This document shows, piece by piece, positions 31,694-42,739 of a stretch of DNA of 64,000 nucleotides. The notes beneath the pieces are model-generated. The model saw nothing but the letters and a program-made list of their open reading frames with translations. It was not told the DNA's origin and made no database searches. Made by a program: the position numbers and the translations under genes. The stretch comes from Candidatus Spongiisociaceae bacterium (GTDB lineage Bacteria; Actinomycetota; Acidimicrobiia; Spongiisociales; Spongiisociaceae), in assembly GCA_965262915.1 (NCBI GenBank), contig OZ253564.1, forward strand, positions 4,416,001-4,480,000. The letters are read 5' to 3'. The first letter of the stretch is position 1, and each line of letters starts with the position of its first letter.

Positions 31694-32209
31694 ATGACAG
31701 AAGCGACCGGCAGGATCACCAACGACCCAATCGACTGGAAGATCCACAACTGGGAACAAGTACTCCCCGGTACGGGATTCGACAGAATCGAAGCAGCCGC
31801 CCGCCTGGTACAACTCGGGGCCGCCTTAACCGAACCACTGGACCAAATCGCGAGGCAAGAAGGCCTGGCAAACCAGGGTGACTACCAAGTCCTCTCGATA
31901 CTCCGACTCGCACACCACCAAGGCCAGCTCGTCACCGCCACCGACGTGGCAACCAAGCTCCAAATGACCACTGCAACAATGGTAAACCGCATAGACCGAC
32001 TCGAAAAGCTCGGCTACACCCAACGCGCTCCCCACCCGACCGACCGCAGGTCCACAAACCTCACCATCACACCAGAAGGGATAGCCTGCGCCCAGCGCAT
32101 GGTCCTTGACCGCACCAAAGAAAGAGAACGACGCCTCGCCGTGCTCACCGACGACGAGCGTGCCGCTCTCACCACCACACTCGCAAAGCTCGCCGCAGCG
32201 TGGACCTAA
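31694..32209 (+). CDS. MarR-family regulator
   Basis: MVNRIDRLEKLGY..R.PHPTDRRS...ITPEG. Confidence 0.88.
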   Translation: MTEATGRITNDPIDWKIHNWEQVLPGTGFDRIEAAARLVQLGAALTEPLDQIARQEGLANQGDYQVLSILRLAHHQGQLVTATDVATKLQMTTATMVNRIDRLEKLGYTQRAPHPTDRRSTNLTITPEGIACAQRMVLDRTKERERRLAVLTDDERAALTTTLAKLAAAWT

Positions 32210-32492
32210 CAACAGGCAAAGCGGACACGAGCACCGCGTCGGCGCTCAGCGAGACAGACAGAACAAACCCCAACGGCCGTAACACTTCCACCAGCGTAAC
32301 GCCCGGTAGCGTGGTCTCGCCTGGGACCGGTATTGCAGGTATCCGTCCCATACCTGCAGAAGCGGTCAGACCGCCTTGAGTGGGGTTACTGGATTCGTCT
32401 AGAGAACTTCGGCGTTCGCGCTGGCCAACCACGCATCGCTAAACCTTGGTCGCCTCTGCGGGAAGGACAGCTAGACAGCGTGATGGGATCTC

Positions 32493-32786
32493 TCACCACA
32501 GCTGGACTCGGGTGACGTAGAGTGTCGCCAGCGTTACCGCGATGGCTGAGATGATTGCTGCCTCCGTCCGTCTCACGGTGATAGCCCGCCAGTAGATCCC
32601 AACGTAGAGCAGGTAGACCGCCAGCATCGCTAAGGCCACCCAGACGAGCCGAACCCTGCCGACCTCAAATCCTCCTACCACCAGGGAGAGCAGAATTACG
32701 GCTCGGCCCATCCAAATAAGGCAACCGACAGCTTCCTCCCTCGCCGTTTTGGGTTGCTCCCGACGGATCGTTATCTGAATGTCCGT
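32493..32786 (-). CDS. Small membrane protein, paralog of 34687 and 35242 (ACG where a start codon is expected)
   Basis: EEAV..LIWMGRAVIL.S...LY..YW.A...R.EAA...LY...LW pattern shared with both paralogs. Confidence 0.6.
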   Translation of the reverse strand, partial: TDIQITIRREQPKTAREEAVGCLIWMGRAVILLSLVVGGFEVGRVRLVWVALAMLAVYLLYVGIYWRAITVRRTEAAIISAIAVTLATLYVTRVQLW

Positions 32787-32809
32787 ATGCCTGTCTTGGT
32801 ACAGCTAGG

Positions 32810-33724
32810 TTGATGCTACCGCCAGCCGCTGGTCTACTCGACCCTAACTACCGATCCGGCCTTGCTAATCCAATGGGAGGAGACCGCACCTCCGCTATGG
32901 TTCACCAGATGAGTGCCGGCGACCTTCGGCGGTGGCTCTCGCTGTGCTGGGGGGACATCCGCGATCAGGTCAGGGTCATCGAAGGTGCCCAGTCGGTTGA
33001 CGAGCGTCTCGTCGTTGACGCCCTCGTCGAGATCTCGTCCTCTCTCTATGACGTTCAGCATGTAGGGAGGGCCACGGCCAGTCCGGGGGACGTCCACGTC
33101 ATGGATCAGGTTCTTGCGGCTGTCAGAACATTCAGCGATGCGCTGGCCGAACGGTTTGCTCTGCCGGCGGTGCACATGGCCGCCACAAGCCCACCCTACG
33201 GTCGGCGAGAACCCAAGACGGCGGTGACAGCTCACCTTTGGAAGCCGGTGGGCAGGCTGTGGACGGCTCCGCTCGCTGAACCTGCCAGTGCATGGGCCTT
33301 CTGGGCGAAGGAGACCGGCAACGCCAGGACATGGGATCGTCAGCTCCGATACGAGAGTCCCCCCACAGCGTCGCGTGTCGTCGTCGACTCGCTCGAGAGC
33401 GCCGACGAACTCGTCGGCGCTACCACGTTCGTGGAGGTCGCCCACAATCTGGAAGGCGCTGGCATCGAACGGGTCGACTTCTCCTGGCGATGCGTACTCG
33501 AAGCCGAGTGCAGTGCCCTTCGGGGACAACGAGACGCGACCAGCTACCCGTGTGCGCTGGGAACCGAAAGCTCCATCTGGCTCACAACACCCGTACCGAC
33601 ATCCGAGCGTGAATACGACACCACACCCAACGACCCGCACCCGGAGCCCGACTGGTTCCTCTACCAGTGCCAAGCCCGACGGTTCGAGAACGTGGCCTCG
33701 TCGAACGTTGGTGGGGACGACTGA
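32810..33724 (+). CDS. Hypothetical protein
   Basis: Long ORF with protein-like composition; start uncertain. Confidence 0.5.
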   Translation: MMLPPAAGLLDPNYRSGLANPMGGDRTSAMVHQMSAGDLRRWLSLCWGDIRDQVRVIEGAQSVDERLVVDALVEISSSLYDVQHVGRATASPGDVHVMDQVLAAVRTFSDALAERFALPAVHMAATSPPYGRREPKTAVTAHLWKPVGRLWTAPLAEPASAWAFWAKETGNARTWDRQLRYESPPTASRVVVDSLESADELVGATTFVEVAHNLEGAGIERVDFSWRCVLEAECSALRGQRDATSYPCALGTESSIWLTTPVPTSEREYDTTPNDPHPEPDWFLYQCQARRFENVASSNVGGDD

Positions 33725-34117
33725 GTGAGGTACAGCTACGCTTCCATCAAGCGGCTGTCCGGCTCCGATTCATACGAGGCTCACGCTCTGCGACCCTCAT
33801 CGAGGGGGACTCTGGAGTTCCCCCCGTGTGCTGGACACTTGGTTTATGCGGCCGTGTGATGGTAGTAGTTGTCCTCCCATTCGTTTGGTGGCTGTTGTCC
33901 GATCGTGGAATGAAGCCGGCGGGGGTTATACCAGACTTCGATCCAGTACCGGATCGATAGGCGGGCGTGGTGACCAGGTTCAAGGGGTGGTGGGGACGGC
34001 TGCCACTACTGGGTGCACGGTGGGCAGGTCTTCCCTGCCTAGAGCGTCATCGCTTGACCCGAGCCTCGGTAAGGGATAGGCTACCGCTTAGCAATCGTCT
34101 AGGGAGGGAGGGTGCGT

Positions 34118-34690
34118 ATGTTCGGGAATCGGCGACTACCAAAGGTATGGAGGGTCACCGCGACCGTGGCTGTCCTGGTCGCCCTCGTGGTGGTGTCTTC
34201 GCCGGCCGGGGCGGCGACACCCGGCACGGAGGTGCCTCTGTTCGAGGAGCTGGTGTTCGACCCGGTAGAGGCCCGCGTCACTGTGAGAGCACCGTCAGCA
34301 GCGGACGGTACGGCAGCGGACGGCGCCACCATCTGCAGCGAGGTACACGCCTGGGTGACAGCCAGGACGCCGTGGCCGTTGCACAACATCGTCTACCGGT
34401 ACAACCATGTGGTGGGTTGGTGCTGGGATGGCGAGACGGTCACCGACATCGAAGAAGACCGCGACTGGCTCAGCCACGTCGACTCCACGTACCGCTGGGA
34501 GGGAACGGAGGAGGAAGCCAAGCGTTACTACCGTTGGGGCGGCGTTTCGCGGGGACGGTACAGGTCGTATATGCAGGGCCTGGTCCAACAATGCATACAC
34601 AGCGATTGGGCCTGCCTCAACTTCTACCCGTGGATCACGATCAACGTGTACGCCGACGGAGACAGCGACTACGACGGAGACGCCGGATGA
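34118..34690 (+). CDS. Secreted Cys/Trp-motif protein
   Basis: Strong RBS; signal peptide ending SSPAGA; WCWDG...QCIHSDWAC..YPW..VYADG. Confidence 0.75.
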   Translation: MFGNRRLPKVWRVTATVAVLVALVVVSSPAGAATPGTEVPLFEELVFDPVEARVTVRAPSAADGTAADGATICSEVHAWVTARTPWPLHNIVYRYNHVVGWCWDGETVTDIEEDRDWLSHVDSTYRWEGTEEEAKRYYRWGGVSRGRYRSYMQGLVQQCIHSDWACLNFYPWITINVYADGDSDYDGDAG

Positions 34691-35025
34691 GCGCAAAGGT
34701 TTCGGTGAGCTGGAAACGGCGGCAGAAACCGCCCGAGGAGGCCAGCGAGCGGGCCCTGGCCTGGCTGGGCCGCTTCGTAATCCTCACCTCGTTCCCAGTC
34801 GCTGCCCTCGAGGAAACACTGTTCGGGTTCCCGGCGCTAGCCATCATGATGCTGGTGCTCTACGCCAGCTACGTGGTTTTCTGGTGGAAGGCTCTCGGCC
34901 CGCGGCGACCCGAGATGGCGGCCCTCGCCGTGATCGCTGTGGCGCTAACCGTCCTGTACGTCGCCGCCGTGGTGGGTTTGTGGGGAAACGGACCCGACAC
35001 CGGGTTCACCGTAGAACAGTGGTAG
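34687..35025 (+). CDS. Small membrane protein (immunity-like)
   Basis: ATGA overlap with the upstream gene; three hydrophobic segments. Confidence 0.75.
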   Translation: MSAKVSVSWKRRQKPPEEASERALAWLGRFVILTSFPVAALEETLFGFPALAIMMLVLYASYVVFWWKALGPRRPEMAALAVIAVALTVLYVAAVVGLWGNGPDTGFTVEQW

Positions 35026-35085
35026 ACGAAACCAGGCCGAGTAGAACAGGCGGGGAGGCCCGCCTCTACGTAGGGCGCAGGATTC

Positions 35086-35150
35086 ACGAGTGGGAACAAA
35101 TCCTCCCCGGATCCGGATTCGACCGGATCGAGGCGGCCGCGCTCGTCACC
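35086..35150 (+). pseudogene. MarR N-terminal fragment
   Basis: IHEWEQILPGSGFDRIEAAA matches both MarR genes. Confidence 0.65.
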
Positions 35151-35241
35151 CAGACACGCCGGCTCGAATACTCCGGTACCGTCCGAGGGCCCTGCGATGT
35201 TTGACAACGCAGGCGACCGATTAGGGACTGCTACCCACCCC

Positions 35242-35538
35242 ATGCATGTTTCGGTGAGTTGGAAACGTCGGCACAAACCCCCCGAAGAGGCCGTAGAGCG
35301 GGCCCTGGCCTGGCTGGGCCGGTTTGTCATCCTCGCCTCGTTCCCCGTCGCTGCTTTCGATAACACACTGTTCGGTTCACCGCTGCTAACGCTTGTGATG
35401 CTGGCGCTCTACGTCGGTTATGTGGTCGTCTGGTGGCCCGCCCTCACACGCCGTGCCGAGGTGGCCGCCCTGGCCGCCGGTGGCCTGGCGTTAGCCGCCC
35501 TGTATATGGGAGCAGCGATCCCGCTGTGGGGCGCTTGA
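35242..35538 (+). CDS. Small membrane protein, paralog of 34687
   Basis: VSVSWKRR.KPPEEA.ERALAWLGRFVIL shared. Confidence 0.75.
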   Translation: MHVSVSWKRRHKPPEEAVERALAWLGRFVILASFPVAAFDNTLFGSPLLTLVMLALYVGYVVVWWPALTRRAEVAALAAGGLALAALYMGAAIPLWGA

Positions 35539-35546
35539 GCACAGGC

Positions 35547-36071
35547 GTGGGGGGATACCCGACGTCGGGTATCCCCCCACGCGACCCTACGAAGTGGAAG
35601 ATACGGCAATGGGAACAGATACTGCCCGGCGCCGGTTTCGACCGTATCGAAGCGGCAGCACGGATCCTCGACTGCGCCAGCGGCCTGGCCGCGGCGATGG
35701 ACCGGATCGCCCGAGCCGAAAACCTCGCCAACCAGGACGATTACCAGGTCCTCTCGCTCCTCCGGATCGCCCAGCACACCGGACAGCAGCTGACCGTTAC
35801 CAACATAGCAACCGCGCTCGAGACGACCACTGCTGCGACCGCACTGAGACTCAACCGGCTCGAAGCCCGAGGCTACGCACGGCGCAGCCAACACCCGACC
35901 GACCGCCGATCCGTCCACGTCACGATCACCGCAGACGGAGCCGCCAGCGTCGAACGCATAATCACGACCCGCACACACCAACGCGAACAGTGGCTCGCTG
36001 CCCTCACCCACCAGGAACGCAGCACCCTCACCGCGCTGCTAACCAAACTCGGGAGGCACTCACGTATATAA
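35547..36071 (+). CDS. MarR-family regulator
   Basis: Paralog of 31694..32209. Confidence 0.85.
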   Translation: MGGYPTSGIPPRDPTKWKIRQWEQILPGAGFDRIEAAARILDCASGLAAAMDRIARAENLANQDDYQVLSLLRIAQHTGQQLTVTNIATALETTTAATALRLNRLEARGYARRSQHPTDRRSVHVTITADGAASVERIITTRTHQREQWLAALTHQERSTLTALLTKLGRHSRI

Positions 36072-36456
36072 CCCCCAGATTAATGGCTCTCATTCGGCCG
36101 CTGAGCGTCCTCAGCGGCTATTCCTGGTGCGGTAGCCGTCCCAGTCGTCCGGGTCTCCCTCTGGGCAGAGGAATAGGTAGGCAGCCACCGCGACTTCAAA
36201 CAGAGAGCCTGAGAGGCCGTAATCGCCGAATGGGTCTAGAACACGATCCCACCCCGCCGCCATTGTCTCAGTAGTATTCCACTCCGGCCTATACGGGTTA
36301 GATACAAGGTTACTGGCCTCCACATAGGCGGCCAAACAGTAATCCCACCACACATTTACCGCCTCTCGTGCCCCGTCGTGGAGCTCCGAGTTAGCATGTA
36401 CCAGCTCGTTAGTGCGCTCGTCGGGTACGCCGAGGACGAGAGCCGCGGCGTTTAAG

Positions 36457-36907
36457 GGCTCTTCGGAAATGAGTGGGGAGTCGGGGATCTGCCAGGGGGA
36501 GTGGTAATCCACCAGAAGTGATGGGGGGTCCTCCATAATCGGGTGCTGAGAAAAGACATCCGAGGCAGGAGGACCCCTGTGGAAGCTGATCCCTGCGCGC
36601 ATGTGCGAGTTGTTGGTAGGCCTGGGCGACGTTGATCTGGTAGGGATCAACGACTCGGGCGATGGTGCACCGCTTGGGGTGGTGATCCGTTCCCGCAAGC
36701 CCCGCCCGTTGTGTGAGTCCTGTGGCGGCCCGGTGTGGTCCAAGGGTCACAGAACGGTTGTGTTGGTGGATCTACCGGCGTTCGGCCGTCCGGTTCGGCT
36801 GCGGTGGCGGAAACGCCGCTGGACGTGCCCGAACCCCGACTGTGAGATCAGATCGTTCATCGAACAAGACCCCACGATTGGTCCCCAACGGGCGTCGTTG
36901 ACATCGA
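36457..36907 (+). mobile_element. ISL3 5' fragment
   Basis: IRL GGCTCTTCGGAAATGAGTGGGG plus transposase N-terminus, cut by a Tn3 IR. Confidence 0.85.
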
Positions 36908-37475
36908 GGGGTTAGCGGAATATTTGGACGAGATGGTGCGGTTTCAGGGGGTTCTTAGGGGTCGTAGTTGGCCTGGGGGTGGTGGGGTTGGGTTGGTGAA
37001 GTCGTATCGTCCGTAGAAGTTGATGTGTTTGTGGATAGCTGGGGAGAGATGAGCTAGGTGCTGGTCGGGGATCTCGGTTCCTGTTTGGGTGAGGTATTGG
37101 ATGGCGGCTTCGGTGTAGACGGTGTTCCAGGTGATGATGGCGTTGGTGAGGAGGGTGATGCATTCGCCTTGGAGGTCTTGGTCTTCGGTACGTCGCCTTC
37201 GCAGTTCCCCCTGGTTAGCGAAGACGAGTTGCCGGCGGAGCGCGTGGAGGGTTTCGCCTTTGTTGAGCTGGCGGTGGATGCGTCTGCGGTGTTGCTCGTC
37301 GTGGAGGTAGCGAAGCAGGGAGATGGTTTTGATGATCCGCCCGTATTCTTGGATGGCTCGTGTGAGCTGGTTTTGGCGGGCGGCGGCTTGGAGGCGTGAG
37401 ACGAGCAGCGACGCTGGGAGGTGGCCGTGTCGGATGGTTGCGGCGACTCTGAGCATGGTGTCCCAGTGGTCTGTG
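36908..37475 (-). mobile_element. Tn3-family 3' remnant (TnpA C-terminus and 38-bp IR)
   Basis: QLNKGETLHALRR, NAIITWNT and HINFYGRYDF; IR at 36908-36945. Confidence 0.88.
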
Positions 37476-38759
<1,284 letters not shown>

Positions 38760-38763
<4 letters not shown>

Positions 38764-38987
38764 CTCGAGTAGCGTTCGGCGCGTACCGCGTCGGCTGCCG
38801 TCTCCTGCAGAGCGCGGCGTTCGAACGCCGCGACCCGCTCGACCAACTCCCGCCTGGTTGGCTGCCGCATCGCGCGGCGCAGTTCGCCCAGCGCGTATTC
38901 GGACAGCGATTTGCCCTCAAGCGCAGCTCGGGCCTTGATCCGGCGGTGTAATTCGTCGGGAATATCGCGGATTTGCAGTGTACGCAT
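38760..38987 (-). CDS. vapB: FitA/VapB-like ribbon-helix-helix antitoxin
   Basis: LQIRDIPDELHRRIKARAALEGKSLSEY; 4-nt overlap with the toxin gene. Confidence 0.85.
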
Positions 38988-38993
38988 CGGTTT

Positions 38994-39022
38994 AGCATAG
39001 AGACGTGTGAAACACATGTCAA
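38994..39022 (-). promoter_or_regulatory. Promoter of the TA operon (leaderless) with an overlapping imperfect palindrome
   Basis: TTGACA-17 bp-TATGCT, ATG 6 nt later; GACATGTGTTTCACACGTC. Confidence 0.7.
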
Positions 39023-39509
39023 TCGGCCACTACCCGGAGGGGCTACCAGGCCGTCGTTTGTGCAATCCGGCGGGTTCATGGCATTGGATACCGAAGCCCA
39101 TTTCGCTGGCCATTCTGGGCCAGCTCTTGTAATCCATGGTAGGGCGAATCGGGGCGACCACGGCTTAGAACGGAGAAGGAGCAGCCATAGCGGACAGCGG
39201 CGGCGACCGACGTAGCCAGCGCCACAGAGCCGAACACGATCGCCGTCGCCCACAACAGTTCGGCCTCCCGAAAATGGTCTCTCAGTTTCATCGCCGCCCC
39301 GGTGACGGCCGTTACGGACAGGAGATCTCGACTGTTACCCCCAGGGTCACACTGATCCCCACGACGGCGGCGGCTACGGCCTGAATCTGGCTCTTCGGAA
39401 ATGAGTGGGGAGTAGGGGATCTGCCAGGGGGAGTTGGAATCCACCAGAAGTGAGGAGGGGTCCTCCATAATCGGGTGTTGGTAATGACATCCGAGGCAGG
39501 AGGACCCCT

Positions 39510-40808
39510 GTGGAAGCTGATCCTACGCGCATGTGCGAGAAGTTGGTAGGCCTAGGTGAGGTTGATCTGGTAGGGATCAACGACCCGGGCGAGGAGGCAC
39601 CGTTGGAGGTGGTGATCCGGTCCCGCAAGCCCCGGCCGTTGTGTGAGTCCTGTGGCGGGTCGGTGTGGTCGAAGGGCTATCGGACGGTTGTGTTGGTGGA
39701 TTTACCGGCGTTCGGCCGGCCTGTGCGGCTGCGGTGGCGGAAACGGCGCTGGACATGTCCGAACCCCGACTGTGCGCTCAGATCGTTCATCGAACAAGAC
39801 CCCAAGATTGGTCCCCAACGGGCGTTGTTGACATCCCGAGCGGCCCGGTGGGTGACCATCCAGGTGGGTGGGCGGGGCCGTTCGGTCGACGAGGTCGCCG
39901 CAGAACTTGGTTGTGATTGGCATACGGTGAACAAAGAGGTTGGCCGCTGGGGCGAAGCGCTGCTGGAAGCAGACACCGATCGGGTCGGGACCGTCGAAGC
40001 TGTGGGAGTGGACGAGACGTTGTTCTGGCGTCGGGGCCGTTGGCGTACCAAAGTCTGGTGCACCTCTGTCGTCGACGTTGGCGGCCACCAGCTGATCGAC
40101 ATAGTCCCTGGTAGAACAGCAGAAAGCGCCGCAGCCTGGTTCCGGTCACAACCCACCGAATGGTGTGAGGCTATCCGCTGGGCGGTGTTGGACATGTCCG
40201 GTTCGTATCGGAAGGCGTATGACAGGGTGCTGCCGCACGCGCTGCAGGTAGCGGACCCGTTCCACGTCATCCGCCTCGCCAACCAGCGTCTCGACGAGGT
40301 ACGACGAAGAGTCCAAAACGAAACCCTCGGGCATCGAGGCCGCAAGGATGACCCGCTGTATCGGATACGGCGGCTCCTAACCGCTGCGCATGAGAGGATC
40401 AGCGACCGGGGTCAAATACGGCTGCGTGGTCTCCTCGATGCTGGTGACCCCTACGGGGAAGTGCGCACAGCCTGGCACGCGAAAGAGACGGTACGAGGCA
40501 TCTACGGGATCGAGAGTCCGGTCCTTGCTCTCCGATACACCCTCCAGCTCGCAGACGACCTCCAACACGAATCCTGCCCACCCGAGATCAACAAGCTGGG
40601 TCGTACCATCGCCCGCTGGACCCCCCAGATCACCAACTGGCACATCTCGAAGGTAACCAACGGACCCACCGAAGCCCTCAACAACCTCATCAAACGGATC
40701 AAACGAGCAGCGTTCGGGTTCCGCAACTTCGCGAACTACCGAATCCGCGCCCTTCTCTACGCGGGGAAACCCAACTGGGACCTACTCCCATCGGTCACTC
40801 CCCACTGA
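39510..40808 (+). CDS. ISL3-family transposase
   Basis: GVDET, LDMS, DPFHV and TNGPTEALNNLIKRIKR..FGFRN motifs; intact. Confidence 0.93.
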   Translation: MEADPTRMCEKLVGLGEVDLVGINDPGEEAPLEVVIRSRKPRPLCESCGGSVWSKGYRTVVLVDLPAFGRPVRLRWRKRRWTCPNPDCALRSFIEQDPKIGPQRALLTSRAARWVTIQVGGRGRSVDEVAAELGCDWHTVNKEVGRWGEALLEADTDRVGTVEAVGVDETLFWRRGRWRTKVWCTSVVDVGGHQLIDIVPGRTAESAAAWFRSQPTEWCEAIRWAVLDMSGSYRKAYDRVLPHALQVADPFHVIRLANQRLDEVRRRVQNETLGHRGRKDDPLYRIRRLLTAAHERISDRGQIRLRGLLDAGDPYGEVRTAWHAKETVRGIYGIESPVLALRYTLQLADDLQHESCPPEINKLGRTIARWTPQITNWHISKVTNGPTEALNNLIKRIKRAAFGFRNFANYRIRALLYAGKPNWDLLPSVTPH

Positions 40809-40814
40809 AATCCA

Positions 40815-41030
40815 CTCATACTTAGAAGGTTCCTGGGCTAGGGCGGGTCTGACCCAACTGAAATCTGGCCTTGTGCCTTTTCATCGATCTGTCGGCCCGT
40901 TCCCGGCCTAGGGCGTAACCCCCTGACCCGGGGCGGATGTGACCTAATAGGAGCCTTCAACTTCTCCACCGTGAGTGGCCTGTCCAACCGCACACGGGTC
41001 CGGGATCATAAGTGAGTCTATCCCCTAGAG
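40815..41030 (+). ncRNA. Putative bridge RNA
   Basis: AACTGAAATC (40856-40865), TCATCGAT (40881-40888), ATAGGAGC (40947-40954), TGAGTGG (40972-40978). Confidence 0.72.
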
Positions 41031-41042
41031 GAGAAGAGCATC

Positions 41043-42272
41043 ATGGGAGAAGCAGACCAGATTATCTACGGTGGGGTTGACACCCATCGGGACGTCCACG
41101 TAGCAGCGGTGGTGGATGGCGTCGGGCGGGTACTGGGATCGGAGTCTTTCGCGGTGGAGGAATCCGGTTATCGGCGAATGGTCACCTGGTTCGAGTCGCG
41201 GGGACAGTTGGTTCGGGTTGGGGTGGAAGGAACGGGTAGTTACGGCGCCGGCCTGGCCCGTTACCTGACCGAGATGAACATCGAGGTGGTGGAGGTCAAC
41301 CGCCCCAACCGCCAACTACGCCGCCAGAAGGGCGGCAAGACCGACAGCGTCGACGCCGAGGCGGCAGCTCGGGCAGCTGCCTCGGGCGAAGCAACCGCGG
41401 TTCCCAAGTCCGGTGTGGGCCCGGTCGAGTGCATACGGATGCTGTGGGTGGTGCGCCGCTCCGCGGTCAAGGCCCGCACCCAGGCCGCTAACCAGATACA
41501 TGCGCTGGTCGTAACAGCTCCCGAGCCGCTAAAACACCAGCTAAAGGGCATGAATCTCAAAGCACGGGTCAAAACCTGTGCCCGGTTCCGACCCGGCACA
41601 GACCACACCACCACCGCGTATGCGAAGCGTGCCCTACAGCATTTGGCCCGCCGGTATCAGGCCCTCGACGTAGAGATCGCCCAACTCGAAGCCGAGATCC
41701 GGCGTCTCTGCGCCCAGGCCAACCCGGCCCTGCTGGCCACAGAAGGTGTCGGTCCTGACACAGCCGCCGCGTTGTTGGTCGCCGCCGGCGACAACCCCAA
41801 GCGAATGAAATCGGAACGGTCTTTCGCGGCGCTGTGCGGCGCCAGCCCCGTCCAGGCGTCATCAGGACGAACCCTTCGGCATCGTCTCAACCGGGGCGGC
41901 AACCGCCAAGCCAACAACGCGCTATGGCGGATCGCTACCACCCGGATGCGCACCGACGCCGCCACCAAAGCCTACGTGGCACGACGCAAGGCCGAGGGCA
42001 AGAAGAAAAAGGAGATCATCCGCTGCCTCAAGCGGCACATCGCCCGAGAAATCTACCGGCTCCTCACCAACCCGCACCCAACCCCGAACTGCGCCCGCCT
42101 ACGCACCCGACGCCAACAACGCGGCATCACCCTCACCCAGACCGCCCAAGCCGTCGGAACCCACCCCAATCGCATCTCAGCACTCGAACACGGCCGAGAC
42201 CACAACCACCACCTCGCCACCCGATACCAGAACTGGCTGCACACCCACCAAACCGCCCCATCATCGATTTGA
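41043..42272 (+). CDS. IS110 recombinase with C-terminal XRE HTH
   Basis: Same motifs and sequence as 20908..22137. Confidence 0.93.
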   Translation: MGEADQIIYGGVDTHRDVHVAAVVDGVGRVLGSESFAVEESGYRRMVTWFESRGQLVRVGVEGTGSYGAGLARYLTEMNIEVVEVNRPNRQLRRQKGGKTDSVDAEAAARAAASGEATAVPKSGVGPVECIRMLWVVRRSAVKARTQAANQIHALVVTAPEPLKHQLKGMNLKARVKTCARFRPGTDHTTTAYAKRALQHLARRYQALDVEIAQLEAEIRRLCAQANPALLATEGVGPDTAAALLVAAGDNPKRMKSERSFAALCGASPVQASSGRTLRHRLNRGGNRQANNALWRIATTRMRTDAATKAYVARRKAEGKKKKEIIRCLKRHIAREIYRLLTNPHPTPNCARLRTRRQQRGITLTQTAQAVGTHPNRISALEHGRDHNHHLATRYQNWLHTHQTAPSSI

Positions 42273-42739
42273 CAACCATAGGAGCATCGATGAGCCCTGA
42301 ATCTGCGTCCTCGTGGATCCCTCCGGGCGGTTCGCTGAGTAGGCCAACATACACAGCCCGCGCCAAGGCGCCACGCCACATGGGGAGACCTAGGCGAGGT
42401 GTTTTGGTACAGTGGGTGTCGTTGTGTTGTAGACAAGAAACTATGATACGGGATGGATACTCCGCTCGGGTCAGGGTTGCGAGCCTCTGCCTAAAGGACT
42501 ACTCTCCCGAAGATATAGGGCCACGGTGAGCCCGGCAGCCAGCCGAGGTACTCCCCCCAAACCCGGGTGTAGAAATCCGTCTGGCCCATCTGTCTTCTAA
42601 CCATCTTGGTTTCTATTTTTGGACCGGGAGACGTGGCCATGGCCGCCCTCCCGGTTTCTATTGTCCGGAGGGCGGTACCCCATCACGGACCGAGAGGGTG
42701 CCCGCGTGGTTGTTCGTGATCCCGGTAGGAGCCTCTCAG

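Larger units (their letters stand above)
39389..42296 (+). mobile_element. ISL3 element with an IS110 (40810-42287) in its right IR
   Basis: 8-bp TSD CTGAATCT at 39381-39388 and 42297-42304. Confidence 0.93.

Noticed and set aside
42530-42700. Possible structured RNA (hairpin CCGGGAG...CTCCCGG)
   Set aside because: No recognisable family motif; cannot be supported without a covariance search.
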